The position numbers and the translations under genes are program-made. This document shows positions 6,842 to 16,942 of a stretch of DNA of 24,000 bases, piece by piece. Positions within the stretch are counted from its first letter, which is position 1. Every line of letters starts with the position of its first letter. This stretch comes from Citrobacter sp. ANG330 (GTDB lineage: Bacteria; Pseudomonadota; Gammaproteobacteria; Enterobacterales; Enterobacteriaceae): assembly GCF_047467925.1 (NCBI RefSeq), contig NZ_JASJUI010000011.1, positions 96,281-120,280 of the forward strand, read 5' to 3'. Below the pieces are notes generated by a model. The model was not told where the DNA came from and searched no databases. It saw only the letters and a list, made by a program, of their open reading frames with translations.

Positions 6842-7288
6842 ATGTCCATGCTCACAACACGTTGCCTTGATCTGAATATTCAGGGCAACAGTCCTTATTC
6901 CATTCTTAAACAACTTGCGGAAATGGCCTTTCGCAATGGCGCCATCACCGACCGACAGGTGTTTCTACAGACGCTTTTGATGCGGGAAAAACTCCACTCC
7001 ACCGGATTTAGCTCAGGCGTCGCCGTGCCGCATGGCAAAAGCGACTGTGTAAAACATCCCTTTGTTCTGTTCGCCCGTCACGCTCAGGGCGTTGACTGGC
7101 GCGCCAGCGATGGCGAAGTCGTCAATTGTTGGATCTGCCTCGGCGTACCGCAATCCGGTGAAGACGCTCAGGTTCAAATCATCGGCACCCTGTGTCGCAA
7201 AATCATCCATCAGGATTTCATCAATCAACTGAAACAAGGCGATGCCACTCAGGTGCTGACCTTGTTAAATCAGACCCTAACCTCATAA
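6842..7288 (+). CDS. frvA: PTS fructose-like EIIA component FrvA
   Basis: 148 aa with a GVAVPHGKS His motif and GGAG 7 nt upstream. It is followed by the frvB/frvX/frvR order seen in E. coli K-12. Confidence 0.85.
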   Translation: MSMLTTRCLDLNIQGNSPYSILKQLAEMAFRNGAITDRQVFLQTLLMREKLHSTGFSSGVAVPHGKSDCVKHPFVLFARHAQGVDWRASDGEVVNCWICLGVPQSGEDAQVQIIGTLCRKIIHQDFINQLKQGDATQVLTLLNQTLTS

Positions 7289-7298
7289 GGAAGCGGCT

Positions 7299-8744
7299 AT
7301 GGAGTCATCCTTACGTTTAGTGGCGATCACCAACTGCCCTGCCGGTATCGCTCATACTTACATGGTGGCGGAAGCGCTGGAGCAAAAAGCGCGCTCGCTC
7401 GGATATACGATAAAAGTCGAAACCCAGGGTTCAAGCGGTGTCGAAAACCGACTGACTCAGGATGAAATTGCCGCGGCCGATTACGTGATTTTAGCCACCG
7501 GTCGGGGATTAAGCGGTGAAGATCGGGCGCGATTTGCCGGGAAAAAAGTCTATGAGATAGCCATTGCGCAGGCGCTGAAAAATATCGACCTCATTTTCAC
7601 GCAATTACCGTCACACTCTCAGCTTTTTGCCACCGACAACGGCGTAAAACTCGGTAAGCAGGATGTCCCGCAAGGCAGCGTCATGAGCCATTTGATGGCG
7701 GGGGTTTCCGCCGCGCTGCCGTTTGTGATCGGTGGCGGTATTCTGGTTGCCATCGCCAATATGCTGGTGCAGTTCGGCTTACCGTATACCGATATGTCGA
7801 AAGGTGCGCCGTCATTTTCCTGGATTGTCGAATCCATCGGTTATCTGGGCTTCACCTTTATGATCCCGATTATGGGGGCTTACATCGCAGGGTCGATTGC
7901 TGACAAACCCGCATTCGCCCCGGCATTCCTGGTCTGTTATCTGGCTAACGATAAAGGATTGCTCGGCACCCAGTCTGGCGCCGGTTTTCTCGGCGCGGTA
8001 GTACTTGGCCTGGCAATCGGTTATTTCGTGCTGTGGTTTCGCAAAGTGCGTCTCGGCAAAGCGCTTCAACCGCTGCTGGGATCAATGCTAATTCCGTTTG
8101 TCACACTGCTGGTATTTGGCGTACTGACCTATTACGCCATCGGCCCGGTCATGTCAGACATCATGAGTGGCCTGTTGCATTTTCTGAATACGATCCCACC
8201 CTCCATGAAAATGGGCGCAGCCTTTCTCGTTGGCGCGATGCTGGCATTTGATATGGGTGGACCTATCAACAAAACCGCCTGGTTCTTCTGTTTCTCACTG
8301 CTGGAAAAACATATTTACGACTGGTACGCCATTGTCGGCGTCGTCGCGCTGATGCCGCCCGTCGCGGCAGGCATTGCCACGTATCTGACGCCAAAACTGT
8401 TTACCCAACAGGAAAAGGCTGCTGCCAGCAGCGCCATTGTCGTCGGTGCCACCGTCGCCACCGAACCCGCGATTCCCTATGCGCTGGCCGCACCGCTGCC
8501 GATGATCACCGCCAATACGCTCGCCGGTGGAATTACCGGCATGCTGGTGATCGCCTTCGGAATCAAACGTCTCGCGCCGGGATTGGGTATCTTCGACCCG
8601 CTGATCGGCCTGATGTCTCCGGTCGGTTCCTTTTATCTGGTGTTGGCTATCGGTCTGGCACTGAATATTGCGTTGATTATCATCCTGAAAGGGCTATGGC
8701 TGAAGCGGAAGGCCGCACAACAGGAGCGTGCAAATGAACAGTGA
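7299..8744 (+). CDS. frvB: PTS fructose-like EIIBC component FrvB
   Basis: 481 aa. The N-terminal EIIB motif VAITNCPAGIAHTYM (Cys) is followed by a polytopic EIIC domain. Size and position match K-12 FrvB. Confidence 0.85.
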   Translation: MESSLRLVAITNCPAGIAHTYMVAEALEQKARSLGYTIKVETQGSSGVENRLTQDEIAAADYVILATGRGLSGEDRARFAGKKVYEIAIAQALKNIDLIFTQLPSHSQLFATDNGVKLGKQDVPQGSVMSHLMAGVSAALPFVIGGGILVAIANMLVQFGLPYTDMSKGAPSFSWIVESIGYLGFTFMIPIMGAYIAGSIADKPAFAPAFLVCYLANDKGLLGTQSGAGFLGAVVLGLAIGYFVLWFRKVRLGKALQPLLGSMLIPFVTLLVFGVLTYYAIGPVMSDIMSGLLHFLNTIPPSMKMGAAFLVGAMLAFDMGGPINKTAWFFCFSLLEKHIYDWYAIVGVVALMPPVAAGIATYLTPKLFTQQEKAAASSAIVVGATVATEPAIPYALAAPLPMITANTLAGGITGMLVIAFGIKRLAPGLGIFDPLIGLMSPVGSFYLVLAIGLALNIALIIILKGLWLKRKAAQQERANEQ

Positions 8745-9804
8745 ATTACTTCAACAGCTTTGCGAAGCCAGCGCCGTCAGCGGTGATGAGCAGGACGTTC
8801 GCACGATCCTCATCAAGACGCTGGAACCCTGTGTGGATGACATCACCTTTGACGGCCTCGGCAGCGTTATCGCCCGCAAAGGTCATCGTGGGCCTAAGGT
8901 TGCGGTCGTCGGCCATATGGATGAAGTTGGCTTTATGGTCACCCATATCGACGACTGCGGTTTTCTGCGCTTCACAACGATTGGCGGTTGGTGGAATCAG
9001 TCGATGCTGAACCATCGGGTCACTGTCCGCACTCGTAAAGGCAGTAAAATCCCGGGCGTTATCGGCTCCGTTGCGCCACATGCCCTGACCGAAAAGCAAA
9101 AACAACAGCCGCTGACCTTTGACGAAATGTTCATTGATATTGGCGCAAACAGCCGCGAAGAAGTGGAAACTCGCGGCATTGCAATCGGTGATTTCATTAG
9201 CCCGGAAGCAAACTTTGCCCGTTGGGGCGAAGATAAAATTGTGGGCAAAGCGCTGGATAACCGTGTTGGTTGCGCCCTGATGGTAGAACTTTTGCAGTCC
9301 GTCGATAATCCAAATATCACCCTATACGGCGTGGGTAGCGTGGAGGAAGAAGTGGGGCTGCGCGGCGCGCAAACCTCTGCAGAACATATCAAACCCGATG
9401 TGGTTATCGTCCTGGATACCGCCGTGGCGGGCGATGTGCCCGGTATCGACAGTATTAAGTATCCCCTGAAACTGGGCGACGGTCCTGGGCTTATGCTGTT
9501 TGATAAGCGTTATTTCCCTAATCAAAAACTGGTCGCCGCATTAAAAGCCAGCGCGGCAAGCAGCGATTCTCCTTTGCAGTTTTGCACCATGAAAACCGGA
9601 GCGACGGACGGCGGGCGTTATAATGTGATGGGCGGCGGGCGTCCCGTTGCGGCGCTCTGTTTACCTACGCGTTATCTGCATGCCAACAGCGGCATGATTT
9701 CCGCAAAGGATTATGACGCGTTGTTTACCTTAGTGCGCGAACTGCTCATGTCATTTACTGCCGAAAACATCAGCACGTTAACTGATTTTCGCCAGGTGAT
9801 CTGA
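8734..9804 (+). CDS. frvX: M42-family metallopeptidase / aminopeptidase-like protein FrvX
   Basis: MNSELLQQLCEASAVSGDEQDVR... plus the HMDEVGF metal motif. ATG 8734 (CAGGAG 7 nt upstream) gives 356 aa as in E. coli FrvX. The track start at 8728 is a GTG two codons upstream. Confidence 0.85.
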   Translation: MNSELLQQLCEASAVSGDEQDVRTILIKTLEPCVDDITFDGLGSVIARKGHRGPKVAVVGHMDEVGFMVTHIDDCGFLRFTTIGGWWNQSMLNHRVTVRTRKGSKIPGVIGSVAPHALTEKQKQQPLTFDEMFIDIGANSREEVETRGIAIGDFISPEANFARWGEDKIVGKALDNRVGCALMVELLQSVDNPNITLYGVGSVEEEVGLRGAQTSAEHIKPDVVIVLDTAVAGDVPGIDSIKYPLKLGDGPGLMLFDKRYFPNQKLVAALKASAASSDSPLQFCTMKTGATDGGRYNVMGGGRPVAALCLPTRYLHANSGMISAKDYDALFTLVRELLMSFTAENISTLTDFRQVI

Positions 9805-11552
9805 TGCTCAATGAACGCCAGTTAATGCTCGTCGATCTGCTTGAACAACAGCCCTGTTCGCTGAACGAGCTGGCGAGGCAAACTGGCGTGTCGGGTAGAA
9901 CGATCCTGCGTGATATTGATTATCTTAACTTTACGCTCAGCGGTAAGGCCCGCATCCAGCCTGGTGGCAGTGCGGGTTATCAACTGGACATTATTGACCG
10001 GCGTAGCTTTTTCCAGCTTCTGCAACGCCATGATAACGACGATCGCTTGCTGGCGTTCTTGCTGTTGAATACGTTTACTCCCCGCGTCCAGTTGGCCGCT
10101 TCGCTTAACCTGCCCGAAACCTGGGTTGCCGATCGCCTGTCCCGACTGAAGCAACGCTACGAACGGGCATTTTGTCTTTCCAGTCGCCCGGGCGTAGGCC
10201 ATTTCATTGATGAGCCTGAGGAAAAACGCATTATTCTGCTGGCGAATCTGCTCAAAAAAGACCCGTTGTTAATTCCGCTACCCGGCGTGACGCGAGACAC
10301 TGTCGAACGACTTAACAGCGCATGCGAACCTCTTCTTGCTGAGTTCCCACTGACGTCGGGAGAATACCTCGCAAGTCTGGTGCTGGCGGTCTACGCACTG
10401 CGTAATCAACTCTCGGGCACATGGCCGGAATGTCGACAGACATCGCTAAAAAATGCCGTAGAACAGGGCGGGATCTATCTTGGCGAGAACGCGTTCAAAA
10501 CGCTACACGGGCTACTGGATAAACAGCAACAACAGGCTATGACCCTGTCTGCTGAAACCGTGATTGCGTTGCTACAACGCGTTCCTGGTGTGGCCACCTT
10601 GAACATTATCGATACGCAACTGGTTGAAAATATCACGGGTCATCTGCTGAGATGCGTTTCAGCCCCCGTTTGGGTACCGGATCATCGCCAGAGCAGCATG
10701 AACAACCTGAAAGCCGCCTGGCCGACGGCGTTCGATATGAGCCTGCGATTCATTGCTCTTTTGCGTGAACAACTTACGATTCCATTGTTCGACAGCGATC
10801 TGATCGGACTTTACTTTGCCTGCGCGCTGGAACGGCATCAAAATGAGCGTCACCCCATCATTTTGTTATCCGATCAGAATGCGATTGCCACCATTAACCA
10901 GCAGGCCATCGAGCGTGACGTATTGAGTTGTCGGGTGATGATCGCGCGGACTCCCGGTGAGGTGCATGCAATAAGTCAGGAGGTCGAGCCGCTATTGATC
11001 GTCAATAACAGCCATTATTTACTGGACGACTCATTAAAAAATGTCCTGACAATTAAAAATATCATTTCTGCCGCCGGCACCGAGCAAATCAAAAGCTTCC
11101 TTGCGACCGCGTTTATTCGCCAACAACCGGAGCGCTTCTTTTCAGAACCGGGAAGTTTTCACTACCTGAATACTCCTGACGAAACCTGGCATAGCATTAC
11201 CCGTCAGATTTGCGCCCAACTCGTGGCGCAGCAACATATCACCCGCGATGAGGCACAGCGTATCTGCGCCCGTGAAGACGAAGGTGAAAACCTGATTGTG
11301 AATCATCTGGCGATCCCCCACTGCTGGGGCGAGCAGGCGCGTCGCTTTCGCGGATTTTTCATCACTCTGGCCTCTCCCGTTCAGGTGAATAACGAACCGG
11401 TCAGCCATGTGTTAATTGCCTGCGCCGCCGCGGACGCACACCATGAATTAAAAATTTTCAGCTATCTGGCAAGCGTATTATGCAGCCATCCGGCAGAAAC
11501 CATTTGTGGGTTAACTGGCTATGACGCGTTTATCGCGCTACTAAAGCAGTAA
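9804..11552 (+). CDS. frvR: frv operon regulator FrvR (N-terminal HTH, C-terminal PTS EIIA-like regulatory domain)
   Basis: 582 aa. The N-terminal winged HTH reads LNELARQTGVSGRTILRDIDYL, and an EIIA-type His motif LAIPHCWG lies near the C-terminus. A TGATG overlap links it to frvX. Confidence 0.85.
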   Translation: MLNERQLMLVDLLEQQPCSLNELARQTGVSGRTILRDIDYLNFTLSGKARIQPGGSAGYQLDIIDRRSFFQLLQRHDNDDRLLAFLLLNTFTPRVQLAASLNLPETWVADRLSRLKQRYERAFCLSSRPGVGHFIDEPEEKRIILLANLLKKDPLLIPLPGVTRDTVERLNSACEPLLAEFPLTSGEYLASLVLAVYALRNQLSGTWPECRQTSLKNAVEQGGIYLGENAFKTLHGLLDKQQQQAMTLSAETVIALLQRVPGVATLNIIDTQLVENITGHLLRCVSAPVWVPDHRQSSMNNLKAAWPTAFDMSLRFIALLREQLTIPLFDSDLIGLYFACALERHQNERHPIILLSDQNAIATINQQAIERDVLSCRVMIARTPGEVHAISQEVEPLLIVNNSHYLLDDSLKNVLTIKNIISAAGTEQIKSFLATAFIRQQPERFFSEPGSFHYLNTPDETWHSITRQICAQLVAQQHITRDEAQRICAREDEGENLIVNHLAIPHCWGEQARRFRGFFITLASPVQVNNEPVSHVLIACAAADAHHELKIFSYLASVLCSHPAETICGLTGYDAFIALLKQ

Positions 11553-11561
11553 CGACAGAAA

Positions 11562-11590
11562 CAAAAAAAGCGCCTCAAGGGCGCTCTTTC
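11562..11590. terminator. Bidirectional rho-independent terminator (frvR / DUF1471 gene)
   Basis: AAAAAAAGCGCC-TCAAG-GGCGCTCTTT. The minus-strand reading has a T7 tail, so it is strongest for the minus-strand gene. Confidence 0.75.
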
Positions 11591-11606
11591 GACAATGGAG
11601 ATGAAC

Positions 11607-11819
11607 TTATTTCAGCAGTTCCGCCGTCATGTGCACGCGGTTGCCGGTGTAAGCCTGGGTGATTTTGTAAGAGCTTGCGCCAGCCTGTTCCGCCTGTGCG
11701 GCGATTTTCGCTTCAGTGCTTTCCAGGGTCGACCCGGTTGCCGTTACGGACTGGGCAGCGAAAGAACCGAAAGAGGTAGCGAGAGCGATAACTGCGACAA
11801 AAGTTTTGATGCTTTTCAT
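11607..11819 (-). CDS. Small secreted YdgH/BhsA/McbA-family (DUF1471) stress protein
   Basis: 70 aa. The signal peptide is MKSIKTFVAVIALATSFGSFA|AQ. The mature part ends in ...YKITQAYTGNRVHMTAELLK, typical of the DUF1471 family. Confidence 0.75.
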   Translation of the reverse strand: MKSIKTFVAVIALATSFGSFAAQSVTATGSTLESTEAKIAAQAEQAGASSYKITQAYTGNRVHMTAELLK

Positions 11820-11947
11820 GATGTAAACCCTTTAACTTAGTTGTTTGAGTAAGGCACCGTGCCTTGATGTGATAAATCATAGGCCGTTACTCAGACAACT
11901 AAAAGCGGAAGGATTTGCCCATCTTATTCAAATAAACTGAACTTAAA

Positions 11948-12784
11948 TCACTCAGCGATTAAACGCTGCGGATGAGTATAAATGGTCGCCCTGCCCGGTT
12001 TGCAGAAACCCACCAGCGTCAGGTTACAGCGCTCAGCGACTTCCACCGCCAGCGTGGTGGCCGCAGAAACGGCAAACAGGATCTCGATACCGCACATTGC
12101 GGACTTTTGTACCATCTCATAACTCGCACGACTGGATACCAGCGCCGCCCCCGCCATCCAGCTTTCGCCTTCTGCGGCGCGACGCCCCAGCAGTTTGTCC
12201 AGCGCGACGTGACGCCCAACGTCTTCATGTCCGCCCGCCAGTTCGCCCGATGGCAGCACCCATGCCGCAGCGTGCGTACACCCGGTAAGTTGCCCCACCG
12301 GCTGGTAATCCTTCAGATGCCGTAGCGCGTGGTCGAGATTTGCGAGGTTAAAGGTCTGGGTGAACGGCAGCGGCTGCACCGGTTTACCGATATCATTGAG
12401 CTGCTCAACGCCACACACGCCACAGCCGGTGCGTCCGGCCAGCGCGCGACGACGTTCTTTCAGCCCCATAAAACGGCGACTGGAAAGTTCGATCTGGACT
12501 TCAAGGCCGTTACAGGAGGGGACAACATCCATACCATAGATCTCGCGCGGGCTGTCAATAATGCCCTCGGAGAGGGAGAAACCGACCGCAAAGTGGTGCA
12601 GATCCTTCGGCGAGGCCATCATCACAACATGGGAAATGCCATTGTAGACCAGCGCAACGGGCACCTCTTCAGCCACCTCATCCGGCTGAGGATGTTGCAA
12701 GTCCTCACGCTTCCACAGGTTAACCTGGCGAGAGCTTGTGACATTTATCACATTTCCGACTTCTTCTGGATGTATCTTATTCAC
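11948..12784 (-). CDS. fdhD: Formate dehydrogenase sulfurtransferase/accessory protein FdhD
   Basis: 278 aa. ...[28 protein letters not shown]... agrees with E. coli FdhD as I recall it. The gene is divergent from fdoG. Confidence 0.9.
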   Translation of the reverse strand: MNKIHPEEVGNVINVTSSRQVNLWKREDLQHPQPDEVAEEVPVALVYNGISHVVMMASPKDLHHFAVGFSLSEGIIDSPREIYGMDVVPSCNGLEVQIELSSRRFMGLKERRRALAGRTGCGVCGVEQLNDIGKPVQPLPFTQTFNLANLDHALRHLKDYQPVGQLTGCTHAAAWVLPSGELAGGHEDVGRHVALDKLLGRRAAEGESWMAGAALVSSRASYEMVQKSAMCGIEILFAVSAATTLAVEVAERCNLTLVGFCKPGRATIYTHPQRLIAE

Positions 12785-12973
12785 TTTCTTTTAACCGTAT
12801 AAGAACACACGTACCAACATTGTGGTATTCTGTCACAACCCCAGGCAGGACGCCGGGAAATTGACCCAATTCTGGACCTTTGCGGTCCTGTCCGCAAAGA
12901 AAAATAACAACCACTTTCTGAACATTCGGCACGAATGTGAAAGAGAAGTGACAATGTCGAAAAGGAGCAAACC

Positions 12974-15900
12974 ATGCAGGTCAGCAGAAGGCAGTTCTTT
13001 AAGATCTGCGCTGGCGGTATGGCAGGCACCACGGCGGCGGCACTGGGCTTCGCGCCCGGCGTAGCGCTAGCGGAAACACGGCAATATAAACTGCTGCGCA
13101 CCCGCGAAACCCGTAATACCTGCACTTACTGTTCCGTTGGTTGTGGGCTGTTGATGTACAGCCTCGGCGACGGTGCTAAAAACGCCAAAGCGTCTATCTT
13201 CCATATCGAAGGTGATCCGGACCATCCGGTCAACCGTGGTGCGCTCTGCCCGAAAGGGGCCGGTCTGGTGGACTTCATCCACTCCGAAAGCCGCCTGAAA
13301 TTCCCGGAATACCGCGCGCCAGGCTCGGATAAATGGCAGAAAATCAGTTGGGATGAGGCATTTGACCGCATCGCGAAACTGATGAAAGAAGACCGCGATG
13401 CCAACTACATTGCGCAAAACGCCGATGGCGTTACCGTTAACCGCTGGCTGTCTACCGGGATGCTGTGTGCTTCCGCGTCCAGTAACGAAACCGGCTTTTT
13501 AACGCAAAAATTCACCCGCGCGCTCGGTATGCTCGCGGTCGACAACCAGGCGCGTGTCTGACACGGACCAACGGTAGCAAGTCTTGCTCCAACATTTGGT
13601 CGCGGTGCGATGACCAACCACTGGGTCGACATCAAAAACGCCAACCTCGTCGTGGTGATGGGCGGCAACGCCGCTGAAGCGCACCCGGTCGGGTTCCGCT
13701 GGGCGATGGAAGCGAAAATTCACAACGGCGCGAAGCTGATTGTGATCGATCCGCGTTTCACGCGTACGGCGTCGGTGGCCGATTTCTATGCCCCAATCCG
13801 TTCGGGTACTGACATTGCCTTCCTGTCAGGCGTCATGCTGTACCTGCTGACTAACGAAAAATATAACCGCGAATACACCGAGGCCTACACCAACGCCAGT
13901 CTGATCGTGCGTGAAGATTTTGGCTTCGAGGACGGCCTGTTTACCGGCTATGACGCGGATAAACGCAAGTACGACAAGACCAGCTGGAACTATGAGCTGG
14001 ACGAAGAGGGCTTTGCCAAACGCGATACCACACTGCAACACCCGCGCTGCGTCTGGAACCTGCTGAAACAGCACGTCTCCCGCTACACGCCGGACGTGGT
14101 GGAAAACATCTGCGGTACGCCAAAAGCCGACTTCCTGAAAGTCTGTGAGTACATCGCAGAAACCAGCGCGAAAGACAAAACCGCGTCGTTCCTGTATGCC
14201 CTCGGCTGGACACAGCACTCCATCGGTTCGCAGAACATCCGCACGATGGCGATGATCCAGTTGCTGCTCGGCAACATGGGGATGGCGGGCGGTGGCGTTA
14301 ACGCCCTGCGCGGTCACTCCAACATTCAGGGGCTGACTGACCTGGGCCTGCTGTCACAAAGCCTGCCGGGCTACCTGACGCTGCCCAATGAAAAACAGCC
14401 TGACCTGCAAACATACCTGGCCGCCAACACGCCGAAACCGCTGTTGAAAGATCAGGTCAACTACTGGGGCAACTACCCGAAATTCTTCGTCTCGTTGATG
14501 AAGGCCTTCTACGGCGATAAAGCGACAGCGGAAAACAGCTGGGGCTTTGACTTCCTGCCGAAGTGGGACAAAGGGTACGACGTGCTGCAGTACTTCGAGA
14601 TGATGAAAGAGGGTAAGGTCAATGGCTATATCTGCCAGGGCTTCAACCCGGTCGCGTCATTCCCTAACAAAAACAAGACGATTGCATCTCTGTCCAAACT
14701 GAAGTTCCTGGTGACGATCGACCCGCTCAACACGGAGACCTCCACCTTCTGGCAAAATCACGGTGAGTCGAACGATGTGGATCCGTCGAAAATCCAGACT
14801 GAAGTGTTCCGTCTGCCCTCCACCTGCTTTGCCGAAGAGAACGGTTCGATCGTGAACTCCGGCCGCTGGCTGCAGTGGCACTGGAAAGGTGCGGACGCCC
14901 CGGGGATCGCGGTCACCGATGGCGAAATCCTGGCCGGTATCTTCCTGCGCCTGCGCAAAATGTATGCTGAGCAGAGCGGCGCCAACCCGGAACAGGTGCT
15001 GAGCATGACCTGGAACTACTCCACCCCACATGAACCGGCATCGGAAGAAGTGGCGATGGAGAGTAACGGGAAAGCACTGGCCGATCTCATCGACCCGGCT
15101 ACGGGCGCGGTGATCGTGAAGAAAGGCCAACAGCTCAGCTCGTTTGCTCAGTTGCGTGACGACGGCACCACCTCCAGCGGTTGCTGGATTTTCGCCGGTA
15201 GCTGGACGCCGGAAGGCAACCAGATGGCGCGTCGCGATAACGCCGATCCGTCTGGTCTGGGCAATACGCTGGGCTGGGCATGGGCGTGGCCGCTGAACCG
15301 CCGTATCCTGTACAACCGTGCTTCCGCTGACCCACAGGGCAACCCGTGGGATCCGAAGCGCCAAATCCTGAAATGGGACGGCGCAAAATGGAGCGGGATG
15401 GACATTCCGGACTACAGCGCCGCCGCACCCGGCAGCGACGTCGGGCCGTTCATCATGCAGCCGGAAGGGATGGGACGTCTGTTCGCTCTCGACAAGATGG
15501 CGGAAGGGCCGTTCCCGGAACACTACGAACCGTTTGAGACGCCGCTGGGTACCAACCCGCTGCACCCGAACGTGATCTCCAACCCTGCCGCCCGTATCTT
15601 CAAGGGCGACGCCGAAGCGTTGGGTAAAGCCGATAAGTTCCCGTACGTCGGAACCACTTACCGTCTGACCGAGCATTTCCACTACTGGACCAAGCATGCG
15701 CTGCTTAACGCTATCGCGCAGCCGGAACAGTTTGTGGAGATCGGCGAGACGCTGGCGAACAAGCTCGGCATCGCTCATGGCGACACCGTTAAAGTCTCCT
15801 CTAATCGCGGCTATATCAAAGCCAAAGCCGTGGTGACTAAGCGTATTCGCACGCTGAAAGCAGACGGCAAGGATATCGATACTATCGGTATTCCGATTCA

Positions 15901-16024
15901 CTGGGGCTATGAAGGTGTGGCGAAGAAAGGGTTTATAGCGAACACCCTGACGCCGTCGGTGGGTGATGCCAACTCACAAACGCCGGAATTTAAGTCCTTC
16001 CTGGTGAACGTGGAAAAGGTGTAA
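12974..16024 (+). CDS. fdoG: Formate dehydrogenase-O major (catalytic, Mo-bisPGD, selenocysteine) subunit FdoG; in-frame UGA at 13559-13561 decoded as Sec
   Basis: Track ORFs 12974..13561 and 13610..16024 are in the same frame and join through the TGA: ...DNQARV-U-HGPTVASLAPTFGRGAMTNHW. That gives 1016 codons plus stop, as in E. coli FdoG. The Tat signal is MQVSRRQFFKICAGG, and AAGGAG lies upstream. Confidence 0.92.
13562..13596 (+). other. SECIS-like stem-loop directing selenocysteine insertion at the fdoG UGA
   Basis: Starting 11 nt after the UGA, GGUAGCAAGUCUUGCUCC (13573-13590) can fold with a bulged U and a GUC-containing apical loop. The architecture and spacing match the E. coli fdhF SECIS GGUUGCAGGUCUGCACC. 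Confidence 0.7.
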
Positions 16025-16036
16025 CGGAGACGACTT

Positions 16037-16942
16037 ATGGCTTATCAATCGCAAGACATTATCCGTCGTTCCGCGACTAACGGTCTCACCCCCGCGCCTC
16101 AGGCGCGGGACTTCCAGGAAGAAGTGGCGAAGCTCATTGACGTCACCACCTGCATCGGCTGTAAAGCCTGTCAGGTGGCCTGTTCCGAGTGGAACGACAT
16201 CCGTGATGAAATCGGCAGCAACGTCGGGGTCTATGATAACCCGGCGGATTTAACCGCCAAATCCTGGACGGTGATGCGCTTCTCGGAAGTGGAGCAGAAC
16301 GACAAACTGGAATGGCTGATCCGCAAGGATGGCTGTATGCACTGCGCCGATCCGGGCTGCCTGAAGGCGTGTCCGGCAGAAGGGGCTATCATTCAGTATG
16401 CCAACGGGATTGTCGACTTCCAGTCTGAGCAGTGCATCGGCTGTGGCTACTGCATCGCCGGTTGCCCGTTTGACGTGCCGCGCCTGAACCCGGAAGACAA
16501 CCGGGTTTATAAATGCACGCTGTGCGTTGACCGCGTGACCGTCGGCCAGGAACCGGCCTGCGTGAAAACCTGCCCGACGGGTGCTATCCACTTTGGTTCG
16601 AAAGAGGATATGAAAACGTTGGCCGGCGAGCGCGTAGCGGAGCTGAAAACCCGTGGTTACGACAATGCGGGCCTGTACGATCCGGCAGGCGTAGGCGGGA
16701 CGCACGTGATGTACGTGCTGCATCATGCCGACAAGCCGAATCTGTATCACGGTCTGCCGGAGAACCCGGAAATCAGCGCCACCGTAAAATTCTGGAAAGG
16801 GATCTGGAAGCCTCTTGCAGCGGTCGGCTTTGCCGCGACCTTTGCGGCCAGCATCTTCCACTACGTCGGTGTCGGCCCGAACCGTGCGGATGAGGAAGAG
16901 AACAACCTGCATGAAGAGAAAGACGATGAGGTGCGCAAATGA
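16037..16942 (+). CDS. fdoH: Formate dehydrogenase-O iron-sulfur subunit FdoH
   Basis: 301 aa. It has multiple CxxCxxCxxxCP ferredoxin motifs ([39 protein letters not shown]) and a C-terminal TM helix. Confidence 0.92.
   Translation: MAYQSQDIIRRSATNGLTPAPQARDFQEEVAKLIDVTTCIGCKACQVACSEWNDIRDEIGSNVGVYDNPADLTAKSWTVMRFSEVEQNDKLEWLIRKDGCMHCADPGCLKACPAEGAIIQYANGIVDFQSEQCIGCGYCIAGCPFDVPRLNPEDNRVYKCTLCVDRVTVGQEPACVKTCPTGAIHFGSKEDMKTLAGERVAELKTRGYDNAGLYDPAGVGGTHVMYVLHHADKPNLYHGLPENPEISATVKFWKGIWKPLAAVGFAATFAASIFHYVGVGPNRADEEENNLHEEKDDEVRK

Noticed and set aside
11595-11840. 81-aa plus-strand ORF antisense to the DUF1471 gene.
   Set aside because: The minus-strand frame encodes a textbook signal peptide and a DUF1471 C-terminal motif. 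The plus-strand translation is Cys/Arg/Gly-rich with no features.
12781-13125. 114-aa minus-strand ORF spanning the fdhD-fdoG intergenic region and the fdoG 5' end.
   Set aside because: It overlaps the fdoG Tat-signal coding region on the opposite strand. It has no SD, and the fdhD start at 12784 already accounts for the minus-strand gene.
12974-13561. Apparent truncation of fdoG at a TGA stop, which could suggest a pseudogene or split gene.
   Set aside because: The TGA aligns with the known selenocysteine codon of FdoG and FdnG. The frame continues uninterrupted, and a SECIS-like hairpin follows at the canonical distance.
14657-15901. 414-aa minus-strand ORF, plus several 60-160-aa ORFs on both strands, inside fdoG.
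   Set aside because: It lies entirely within the well-supported fdoG reading frame. The translation is Arg/Gly/Ala/Val-rich low-complexity sequence typical of antisense shadow ORFs in GC-rich genes. It has no SD or recognisable motifs.
16250-16912. 220-aa minus-strand ORF antisense to fdoH.
   Set aside because: It is a shadow ORF of fdoH, which carries clear 4Fe-4S motifs. No independent coding evidence supports it.
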